64,000 bases of DNA from Bdellovibrionales bacterium (lineage in GTDB: Bacteria; Bdellovibrionota; Bdellovibrionia; Bdellovibrionales; UBA1609): the NCBI GenBank assembly GCA_965261545.1, contig CBDHDF010000011.1, positions 976,235 to 1,040,234 on the forward strand. Direction: 5' to 3'. This document shows, in pieces, positions 37,923 to 47,173 of the stretch. The notes beneath the pieces were generated by a model. The model worked only from the letters and a program-made list of their open reading frames with translations, was not told the origin of the DNA and did no database searches. Made by a program: the position numbers and the translations under genes. Each line of letters begins with the position of its first letter. The first letter of the stretch is position 1.

Positions 37923-40068
37923 GTTTCTGTCCAGAAAGGCCCATTTTTTGTTCTCTGACACTCCCCATTGAGCCTCCCAATGCCTCAATGGGGGAGTGAG
38001 AGTTGGAGATTTGCCACACAAACTCTACAGATTAAGGGGAAAAAGGTCTTTAAGCGACTTGCGCCCTAGTTTTTTCGATTTGAAGACGCACCCCTACCTT
38101 TGGAAGATTTTAGCACCTTCGACCTGGTCCATTGCTGTTATTCCTAATGGATAAATTTAGGTGACAGTTGATAATTCATGTCTTGCCAAGACAACAAAAT
38201 TATAGGCACAAACGGCATTCTTTACATACCTCTTAAAACCATCATGCCCTTTCCAGTAAGCAACTCTCATACCAAAACATCTCTTAAGGAATGAAATAAC
38301 AGCCTCTATTCCGGCTCTCCAATTGAGAAGATTTTTAAAGACCCAAGCACTTTTAACCATCTTTAATATTTTCATTCCTTTTTTTTCTGGGAAGCAAACA
38401 TCTTTAGCCCCATCTCTTTGGCCTCTTCAAGATTTTCTTTTGAAGCAAACCCACCATCTGCACTTACTTTTACAGGGCAAGCCCCATAGGTTTGTGTCAC
38501 TGAATTCATAACTTTTAAAAACATATCAGAGTCTGCGGGGTTGCCATCAGGGATCTGACAATCTAAAATCATGTTGCTTTGCCCTGAGGTCAGAAAGATT
38601 TTATGCCCAAACTCGACTTCTCTTTGCCCCTTTACAATAATGTCTGTATGCGGTTCAAAGATGGATAGGACCTTTTTTTCAGAAGATACTTTTTTCCCCT
38701 CAATAACTCTTTTTTGAGTTTGAAAGATGATTTTTTCCAGGTAGAAGGCAACATTTTCTAACTGTTTTAGACTCTTTTTCAAAGCATTCATCTTCACACA
38801 TTTTTGTTCTTTTTTTATCTTTCTGATGGTATCAGGTAATCCTTTGTTCAATTTGGTAGCGATTTTTAAAAGCTCCTTATAGCAAGGTAGTCTTTCCGCA
38901 TCATTTTTGGAATTATTAATTTTGTAAAGAAAGGTTTTTGCTCTCTTAAGATCTTCTCTTGAAATAAGTCGCCAAAAATCTTTCATGACATTTTTACGAA
39001 CTTTTTTAAATTCTCTTTCTGTAACTCTTATGCAGTCATATAAAAGCGATGCATCCGTTGGATGATGAATATTTGATTTCGTCACTGTACTGTCCACTCT
39101 CATTTTCTTACACGGCTCAATCTTTTGATCTCTTGCATCTGAAACTAAAGAGGCGCTAATAATTCCCCAAGTTTCTTCACTTATTTGAACAATCAAGTCC
39201 TGTAAGGTGGAGTGAGCGTAATTTTCTTCCAATTCAAGGCCCAGAAAAGCTCTGGTGGATACTGAATCGACAAGATTAAAGGCTAACGCACGATAGGAAA
39301 GACCTCTTATGGATTTAAGAATAGCCACCTTGAGAACTTGCTCCGATGTCATACCAATATCACCAGAATCTTTCTTTTCTTTAACAAGGTCTTCATGAAC
39401 CATATGGGCAAACTCTGGATGGCGATCAATGATGTTATTAATTTGCTGCAATTCTGTACTGAGTTGGTGGTTAGGATATTGGGAAAAGAGTCCCAACTGT
39501 GTCTTCTTCAAATGGCGCATAGTCCCCCCTTTGGTGAAAGTTTCTCTTTAATTTTTATATTAACATACGTTTTTTTGAGGGAAAAAAGTGAGCAAGGATG
39601 TCTTTTAAGAAGAAAAAAATCAGAGAGGTTCTCGGAGAACATGGATAAGAATTCTACCTCATAGAGAGGTTCCCACGCCTCCTAAAACCTACATAAAAAA
39701 TAAATGAAGAATAAAATATCAAAAATTATTTCTCTGAAAAAACACGTCAAGTATTTTTTGAAGTTGATGCGCAACGTAATGTTATTTCCCTGAAGGAGGT
39801 TTGAAATCACCACGGTGGAAACACAGGTTGATCCAACTCTTCCTCTCATATCAAGTAACCAGTTGATAGCCACATAAGTCACTGAAAGGGAGGGGCTGTG
39901 AAAGGTTCGTCAAGAGAGGGGGGGGGGAACTTATTTTATTTTTCCGTTTTATGTAAGTAACTGAATTTACACGGATTATGTTTGATGGACTCCATTTTAA
40001 AGCATAAAATCTAAAGGGAAGGCATGTAAATACTTAAAACTACTTAACTTTCTTCCCTGGACAGGAAC
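37923..40068 (-). mobile_element. IS5/IS1182-like element, copy 2 (2146 bp)
   Basis: Same IRs as copy 1. 6 bp TSD tatcta at 37917-37922 and 40069-40074. Removing the IS plus one TSD restores the prfC frame. Confidence 0.9.
38157..39520 (-). pseudogene. Frameshifted transposase of IS5-like copy 2
   Basis: The G5 run of copy 1 (gatgggggct) is G4 here (cccc at 38408-38411). This splits the ORF into 382 aa + 72 aa. Confidence 0.85.
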
Positions 40069-40175
40069 TATCTAAGGAAAACCCCAACCTAGATTTTCAT
40101 TTTACGGCCAAGTCATTCTGACTTAGCACTATTCGGTATTGATTTTATTCCAAAAAAAATGCATAATTTTTACTT

Positions 40176-41180
40176 ATGAAAAAATCCCTCCCTCCTCTTT
40201 GCTTAACCCTTGATAACACTTTTAAAGCATTTTTTAAGCATGACCAGGACTTACTCAAGCCTTTGTTGCAGGATTTTCTTCCTTTGCCACCCGGTTGTCG
40301 GGTGGAACATGTTCAGTTGTTAGATGCCGAGGAAAACTCTTCAGAGGCAAGCAAGCCTTCGGGAAAGACCTTCATCTTGGATATGAAAATTCGTATTTCT
40401 CGCCGATTGTCCAGTGGAGAGTGGGTTGAAAATGAGACTGTGAATGTGGAGATGCAAACCGTCTCCCAAAAAAACTTCACAAATCGCCTTCTTGCCTATG
40501 CTGGACGGGTCTACTCCAATCAAGTGAAAGAAGGAGAAAAGTACGAGAAATTAAGAACTGTTTACTCCCTTGTTTTCAGTACTGTGGACCTTCCTGAACT
40601 ACGCACGGACAACAATTATTACCATACATGTAGCATGAGGCAGGATAGACGCCCTCATTTAAGGCTTACCGAGGGCATTCAGTTTGTCATTGTAGAATTG
40701 AACAAATTCATTGGCAGTTTAGACAGCCTTGTTGACCAGCGTGAAGCGTGGTGCTATTTCTTAAAAAAATCGGATGAGTTGGATCAACAAACAGGCCAAA
40801 AGCTAGCCAAAAAAGGAAGGGATATGGGAAGAGCCGTTAAAAATTTGTGGAATTTGTCTCAAGACGAACTCATGCGAGAGCGCCTTGAATCTGAAGATAA
40901 ACAGCGTCGGGATCGTTTGGCACAGATCGACACAGCCCATGAAGAAGGGCTTGAAAAAGGGCTTGAAAAAGGGCTTGAAAAAGGGCGTGAACAGGGACGT
41001 GAAGAGGGGCGTGAACAGGGGCGTGAACAGGGGCGAAGGGAAGAAAGAGAGACTTTTGTTTTAAAGTTACTTTCAGAAGGTATAGAAATTTCTGTTATAA
41101 CTACAGTGACAAAGTTTTCTGAATCTGAAATCAAGGCTCTCCAAAAAAGTAAAAATTTTAACAAAATGACACCTACTTGA
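40176..41180 (+). CDS. Rpn-family recombination-promoting nuclease / PD-(D/E)XK putative transposase (TIGR01784-like)
   Basis: N-terminal DNTFKAFF, ILDMKI...VNVEMQT (D...E-x-Q/K core), RLLAYAGRVYSNQ, and the C-terminal EGLEKGLEKGLEKGREQGREEG repeat typical of this family. Confidence 0.7.
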   Translation: MKKSLPPLCLTLDNTFKAFFKHDQDLLKPLLQDFLPLPPGCRVEHVQLLDAEENSSEASKPSGKTFILDMKIRISRRLSSGEWVENETVNVEMQTVSQKNFTNRLLAYAGRVYSNQVKEGEKYEKLRTVYSLVFSTVDLPELRTDNNYYHTCSMRQDRRPHLRLTEGIQFVIVELNKFIGSLDSLVDQREAWCYFLKKSDELDQQTGQKLAKKGRDMGRAVKNLWNLSQDELMRERLESEDKQRRDRLAQIDTAHEEGLEKGLEKGLEKGREQGREEGREQGREQGRREERETFVLKLLSEGIEISVITTVTKFSESEIKALQKSKNFNKMTPT

Positions 41181-41235
41181 TGGATTTTCCTAAGCCCACT
41201 CAAGCAGCCCGGAGGGGCAGTATGTCGCCTCCATC

Positions 41236-41467
41236 AAATTCCCATTTTTACCTTTGCCAACAAGATGGATCGTGAGGGCCGTGAACCCATAGAAATCATT
41301 GATGGATGTGGAAAACACACTCGGAATGAGATGCTCTATCCTGTGACGGGGCCCATTGGCATTGGTGATACGATCACTTCGAGACACTCCCTTTACTTTT
41401 GGTGAAATGCCTCGGTTTTCACCAGAGGTTTTTGCCAAACTTCAAAACCTGTGGTTCTCCTTGAAAA
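41236..41467 (+). pseudogene. prfC: Mosaic prfC remnant (middle pieces with internal deletions)
   Basis: IPIFTFANKMDREGREPIEIID, then PIGIGDTITS...MPRFSPEVFAKL joined directly to NPVVLLE. These pieces lie hundreds of bp apart in the 37327-37922 copy. Confidence 0.6.
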
Positions 41468-41971
41468 AATGAAGGTAACAGAACCCGTCTTGGCTCCTGA
41501 TTTTTTGGTGAGGCCAGCTCTTTTGATCAGGTAGGTGGAAATGGCTCGATGAACGATGGCTAAGACCTCTCCCATGACCTTTGGATTTTTGGCAAAGAGG
41601 AATCTTATTTGAAAAGGAAAGCTAAGGACCCATTGTCGTAGGGGTTTTTGGGGAAAAACTTCATCAACTAAGTGGGCTGCACTTTCAGCCATTCTTCTTG
41701 CGCCGCAGCTTGGACAGAAGCCTCGACGCTTGCAGCTAAAGGCCACAAGCCTTTCATGGTGGCAAGATTCACACTGGGTTCTCAAGAAACCATGGGCAAG
41801 AATTCCACACTTGAGAAACTCATCGAATTCTTTTTTAACGAACTGGGGAAGGCCATTTTCATGCTCATTTTCTATGTGCCGGTAGAAAGTGAGTAGATTT
41901 TCTTGCACCAATTTGTAAAGGAGAGTCTTTTCAGGGCGGTGTCGTTGGTATTTGGGAGCGTTGTTAAAGAT
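41468..41971 (-). mobile_element. Internal fragment of an IS91-family element (copy 4)
   Basis: Identical to copy 1 from aatgaaggtaacag to gttgttaaagata. Both ends join unrelated DNA. Confidence 0.8.
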
Positions 41972-42133
41972 AGCCTCCAATGAGTTGCAAGCCACTATGG
42001 GCTACTTAGAACCTTATCTTTTCGATTCCATGTGGCGTGGGCGTATCAACTCCATTGCCGCCAAAGAACTACGGGATCAAGATGAACAGGTAGAGAGGTA
42101 TGCAATAAGCCAAACACTCGACCTCATCCTTGG

Positions 42134-42702
42134 CTATCCAGCGCCAACCTTCACGATGACACAAAGGCAACACCAGTTCCCATCCAAGATCAAGATGAGC
42201 AAACGACCACTCCCACAAGGTCCACGGGGTCCCAGGGCGTCAATTAAACCCTTGGGAGGTCAACTGCAAAACTGGCTTTCCTTGGTCTTCAAGGTCGGCT
42301 TGTGTGATGGAACAAACCGCTGTTTGTAAGAGCTATGAAAAATATTTGGAAGGGAAGTTCTCAGCGGTCTCAATTTCTCCATTCGCCGTGGGGAAATGTT
42401 GGCCATTATTGGATCCAGCGGCAGTGGCAAATCCACTTATAAGGACGCTCCTATTCTTGTTCTCAAAGATGTGCGCCATCTTTGAGAACACAAGGGCAAC
42501 ACGAAGAGCTTATGGCCCTTAGTGGAGAGTACGCTGCTCGTTTTTACCAAATGCAATCACGAGGCAATCATAAATCAACTCATAAATCATAGATTCATAA
42601 AAAAATTGTGTATCAATCAGAAACACCTATGGATTTTTTTTTGTAAATCTTGTTCTTTCAATGACGATAGTGTTATTCTATTAGTATGGATGAGAGGTGT
42701 TA
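42134..42702 (+). repeat. Dispersed repeat block R (copy 3) including the same internally deleted ABC remnant
   Basis: Colinear with 31820-32404. It lacks the prepilin/RT module that follows copy 1. Confidence 0.8.
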
Positions 42703-42734
42703 GTCCATTGTAAGCAATGACCAATGCAATTAAA

Positions 42735-44622
42735 GGGACTGTAAAAATAATTGTGTAACTGCAATTTTTTTCTTAAATCTTAAAGCCACTTATGTGGCTC
42801 CACTCCTGGTAAAAAGCACAGTCCCATATTATTCGTCAATGTATAATTGACATTTTTTCCTTCAAGCGATTTTGTCAGTCACAATGCATTATAAGTTAAT
42901 GGGGAGGTGGACATCTTCGCTGGTCTATATAATGGCCTCTTTAGTTACTCTGGACTTTTGATTGTATTATGGAGCCGTAATGGGATCATATCAGAACTGG
43001 AAAGAACTCAAATAAATAATTATCATCTTGGTTGAAAAAAAATCAGCAATGGCTCTCTCAAAAAAATGGAAATTCCAATCTCATCAAAGGGTTCATGTGT
43101 TTAGGTTCCCATACTATATTACCCCCTTTTTTTTATTTTTTTTAACTTAGGATATTCGAGAAATACCAGAATTGGGATGAAATATGAAAAAAAATGGAAA
43201 CCCAAATCTGCACCAAGAGGGCATGTATTTAGGTTCCCATACTATATTACCCTAACCATAGTCTCGGTATTCCAGTACTTCTGTCAACGCCTTAGAGGGG
43301 CTTTTAAGCCCCCTTATAAGGCAGGTGGTGGACCTTATTAAAAAACTTAGTTGTCAAAACGGTCACCGTATTCAATGGCAAACCTGTTCATGGCTGGCTT
43401 CCAGTTGTGTAATGGTCGTGTCCATCGCTTAGAGGCCATTTTTATCGCTAAATATACAACTTTTAAAGCCGACCGATCACTGGGAAATATCTTACGATTT
43501 CTGATCGCCTTGCGGATCACGCTATTTAACGACTCTATGGCGTTTGTGGTATAAAAAATCTTTCTGATTTCATCCGGATAATCGAAAATAGTGATGAGAT
43601 TGTCCCAATTCCTACGCCAAGACTTTTCAATATTAGGATACTTTGAAGACCACTTGGTACAAAATTCCTCAAGGGCCTTTTCAGCTTCTGTCAGAGTCGT
43701 AGAGCCATAAATGGACTTGAGGTCTTGGGCGACAGCTTTCATATCCTTGGAAGGAACATAGCGAAGGGAATTGCGGACCATATGGACAATGCACAGTTGC
43801 ACTTTAGACTTGGGAAAAGCCGCTGAAATGGCTTGAGGAAAACCTGTAAGACCATCTACAGAAAATATAAATACATCTTTCAACCCTCGATTTTGCAGCT
43901 CAGTCAAAACACTCAACCAAAACTTTGAACCCTCATTTTCAGAAATCCATAGGCCCAACAAGTCTTTCTGACCCTCCTCTGTAATACCAAGAGCTAGGTA
44001 AATCGCCTTATTAATAACTCTCTTGTCTTGATGGACCTTCACCACGATACAGTCCAAAAATACGATAGGGTAAGTGCTATCCAAGGGGCGGTTCTGCCAA
44101 GCCGTAACTTCATCAATAACAGCATCCGTCACGTTGGCTATCACTGAGTGGGATATCTCTGCACCATGGTAGAGGTCTTTGATAGCTCCTTGAATATCCC
44201 TGGTCGTCATTCCCCTCGCATAGAGGGTCAGGATACTGTCTTCAAAGCCCTCAAGACGAGTCTTACCCTTGGGAATGACTTGAGGTTCAAAGGAGGCACT
44301 TCGGTCACGGGGGACCTGAAGCTCCACCTCGCCTTTCTCTCCCTTTATGGTCTTTCTACTGTAACCATTGCGAGTGTTGGATTTGCGGGTCTCAGACTTC
44401 TCATGCCTCTCATAACCTAGGTGATCGTCCATTTCCGCATTAAGGGCCGTCTCTAAAACAACCTTCATCAGTTGACCCGTTATGTCGGATAAATCCTTTT
44501 GGGTCTTGACGTTCTTCGCTAGTTCCTTGCCTATTGTCTTGATATCCATTCTGCCTTCTCCTTTCAGGATGATAGTTCATCCTAATATGATTCGGCAGTT
44601 ACACAAAATAGTTTACAGGCTC
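42735..44622 (-). mobile_element. IS256-family element, copy B
   Basis: 9 bp TSD gcaattaaa at 42726-42734 and 44623-44631. Confidence 0.9.
43347..44549 (-). CDS. IS256-family transposase (copy B)
   Basis: 400 aa, identical to 19630-20832. Confidence 0.95.
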   Translation of the reverse strand: MDIKTIGKELAKNVKTQKDLSDITGQLMKVVLETALNAEMDDHLGYERHEKSETRKSNTRNGYSRKTIKGEKGEVELQVPRDRSASFEPQVIPKGKTRLEGFEDSILTLYARGMTTRDIQGAIKDLYHGAEISHSVIANVTDAVIDEVTAWQNRPLDSTYPIVFLDCIVVKVHQDKRVINKAIYLALGITEEGQKDLLGLWISENEGSKFWLSVLTELQNRGLKDVFIFSVDGLTGFPQAISAAFPKSKVQLCIVHMVRNSLRYVPSKDMKAVAQDLKSIYGSTTLTEAEKALEEFCTKWSSKYPNIEKSWRRNWDNLITIFDYPDEIRKIFYTTNAIESLNSVIRKAIRNRKIFPSDRSALKVVYLAIKMASKRWTRPLHNWKPAMNRFAIEYGDRFDN

Positions 44623-45276
44623 GCAATTAAACTTCCTAAGGTTGATAATGCTATAATTCCCTTCACTCTATTCATTTTCTTCTCCTTTGTGGATGGAGCT
44701 TTGTTTTGAAAATCCCATGGCTTCAATGGTTTCAATAAATACTTCTCCCGCTCTCTATCCAACACTCTTCTAAACATAGGCTGAATATGCTGAAATATTT
44801 ATTGCTGACATATTTATAGGAATAATAAGAAGCAAAAGAGATACCACCTTCACTGTATTCGCTCTATTGAAATCATTCAGTAATTTAGGATAAGAAACTT
44901 CGCACAGATTCTCGGCTGTCTACTTTTTGACAAAACAACACGAAATTAAACAAAAAGACACTGTGGATAACCAGATCCAGTGATATCATCCCCAGCAGTA
45001 TTAAACCCAGCGATACAGAGCGACTGTCGCAGTGAATAGGAAGGATAAAAGGTCTTTTTTAGAAATCCGCAAGGCATATCAGTAAAAACTGCAGAGGCCA
45101 GCGAAAGCTCCAATAGGATTTTTGGGCTTAACTGGTGGTTTAGGATGGTGTTGGGCAAAGTTTGAGGAAAATAAGGCCAGAAAAATATGTTGTTTTATGG
45201 TGTTGAGACGTACCTCTCCATGAACATAGAGGGAGCAGATGATACAGCCCTATGCGTCATTCAGGACAGTCAGAAG

Positions 45277-47004
45277 TTAAGAAAATGAGTCGAAACTCTC
45301 ACTTTGTGGTGGGCCTCTGGGTGGCCATAGGCTTGGAGGTTGTGAGGTGATGCCGAGATGAGTAAGAATTTTTTCAATGACCTGAGGGTCTTCAATGGAA
45401 GAAATGACTTTTACTTTTCCACCACACTCATGGCAAGTTTCAACGTCTATGTCAAAAACCCTCCTGAGCCTTTGAGCCCAGGTCATTCCTGAAGATTTTT
45501 TCTTGTTTGGTCTTGGCTCTGAATCTTCCAAATCTAAGGTTTTTTCCCTTGAGTCTTCACCGATGGAGGCTTCGATTTGGGGTTGCGGGACGATTGAGGA
45601 TCGATATTTGAAATTGGGCGCGAAAACTCCGTGGAATCTTGTGAGATTCACTCGTGGTCGAGGGATGAGGGAGGCAAGACGGCTAAGGAAATCAAGGGGG
45701 TCCAGAACGATATGAGTGGTTCCATTGTCATAGGCAGTTTTGAGTTTATAGACGACTTGGCCCCTGGCATTTAATGAAAGCCTTTCTTCACTGAGGCTGG
45801 GTCTTGAAATATACCGGCATACCCTCTCTCGCTTTTTTTTCTCATGGGCTCTACATGCGACTCCTCCATGGCCTGTTAGGCGCCAATTTTAATTGGCGCC
45901 TAACAGGCCATGAGGGAACTCAAGGAAGTTAGGGCTATCCCTGTTAAAATTCGTGATCAAGTCATTTGGACCCGCACAGATATCACTGGCAATGCCAACT
46001 CCTTATTTAAAGCCGCAGGCGTCCCCATCCCTCCCAGAATCCTTAATGCCCACAAGTGTGGATAAACAAAATACAACTATATGCGTTAATCCTTTAATAT
46101 CATTCGTTTGACGCAGATGCTGCTGTCAAACTCGGGCTTTACCTCTTGGTGATACAGTGTGAAGAGTCAGTGCTTTTTTCCCTTTGTGAGGACCGAGAGC
46201 TATTCTATAGGTGACTGATGATCCGTGGACTTGGTCCATACTGTCAGAGGCTTCCATAGCCAGATACTCTTGCCCTGTTTCATCCCTTAGGATAAGTCCC
46301 TTTTTTTCTAGGTGCTTGACCACTCTATGAGCTATGCTCACCAAGATGTGATCCATTTCACTTTGGGTGGGTGGAGTTATGGGGTGAAAATGAGGTTTAC
46401 CTTCGGGGAATGTGTACACTCCATCCAAATACATCATATGGAAATGAATATTGAGGTTGATGCTTCCGCCAAAGCGTTGAATGAAGGTAACAGAACCTGT
46501 CTTGGCTCCTGATTTTTTGGTGAGACCAGCTCTTTTGATCAGGTAGGTGGAAATGGCTCGATGAACGATGGCTAAGACCTCTCCCATGACCTTTGGATTT
46601 TTGGCAAAGAGGAATCTTATTTGAAAAGGAAAGCTAAGGACCCATTGTCGTAGGGGTTTTTGGGGAAAAACTTCATCAACTAAGTGGGCTGCACTTTCAG
46701 CCATTCTTCTTGCGCCGCAGCTTGGACAGAAGCCTCGACGCTTGCAGCTAAAGGCCACAAGCCTTTCATGGTGGCAAGATTCACACTGGGTTCTCAAGAA
46801 ACCATGGGCAAGAATTCCACACTTGAGAAACTCATCGAATTCTTTTTTAACGAACTGGGGAAGGCCATTTTCATGCTCATTTTCTATGTGCCGGTAGAAA
46901 GTGAGTAGATTTTCTTGCACCAATTTGTAAAGGAGAGTCTTTTCAGGGCGGTGTCGTTGGTATTTGGGAGCGTTGTTAAAGATATGGGGATCAACAAGGG
47001 CCAT
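45277..47004 (-). pseudogene. IS91 transposase split by the 266 bp replacement
   Basis: N-terminal 292 aa ORF (46126-47004) and C-terminal 124 aa ORF (45277-45651). Confidence 0.85.
45867..45912. repeat. 46 bp palindrome (perfect 22 bp arms, 2 nt centre)
   Basis: catggcctgttaggcgccaatt-tt-aattggcgcctaacaggccatg, checked base by base. The first 5 nt belong to IS91. Confidence 0.9.
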
Positions 47005-47173
47005 GGCCTTTGTTGGAAGGCAAATTCAATGCCAACTGTGGGTGAGCACCAAAAAACTTCTGGGAGAAGCCTACTCCATGTATGGAGCAGAGCATTGTAA
47101 TGATCCCTTAAACCAGAGAAGGTATAAGGATGCTGATCAGAATGACCCCAAGCTTGCTGGCCCCCTCTCAGCC

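Larger units (their letters stand above)
37327..40121 (+). pseudogene. prfC: Peptide chain release factor 3, 3' half only, split by the IS5-like copy 2 (37327-37922 + 40075-40121)
   Basis: RETVNEAYAGDIVGI..GYFQIGDT...MPRFSPEVFA...KRKQLEKASLQLAEEGMIQLF...ILGVVGELQLDVLLHRLNGEYK matches RF3 domains. The frame resumes after the IS as ...WLSKENPNLDFHFTAKSF*. The 5' half is missing. The track ORF 37145-37999 is a chimera. Confidence 0.75.
45032..47084 (-). mobile_element. IS91-family element, copy 3, disrupted internally
   Basis: Colinear with copy 1, except that 44 bp are replaced by 266 bp (45872-46137). Confidence 0.75.

Noticed and set aside
37145-37999. 284 aa ORF that looks like an intact gene
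   Set aside because: It is a chimera. An IS91-flank signal-peptide ORF is fused at 37326 to the 3' half of prfC and reads through into the IS5-like terminus.
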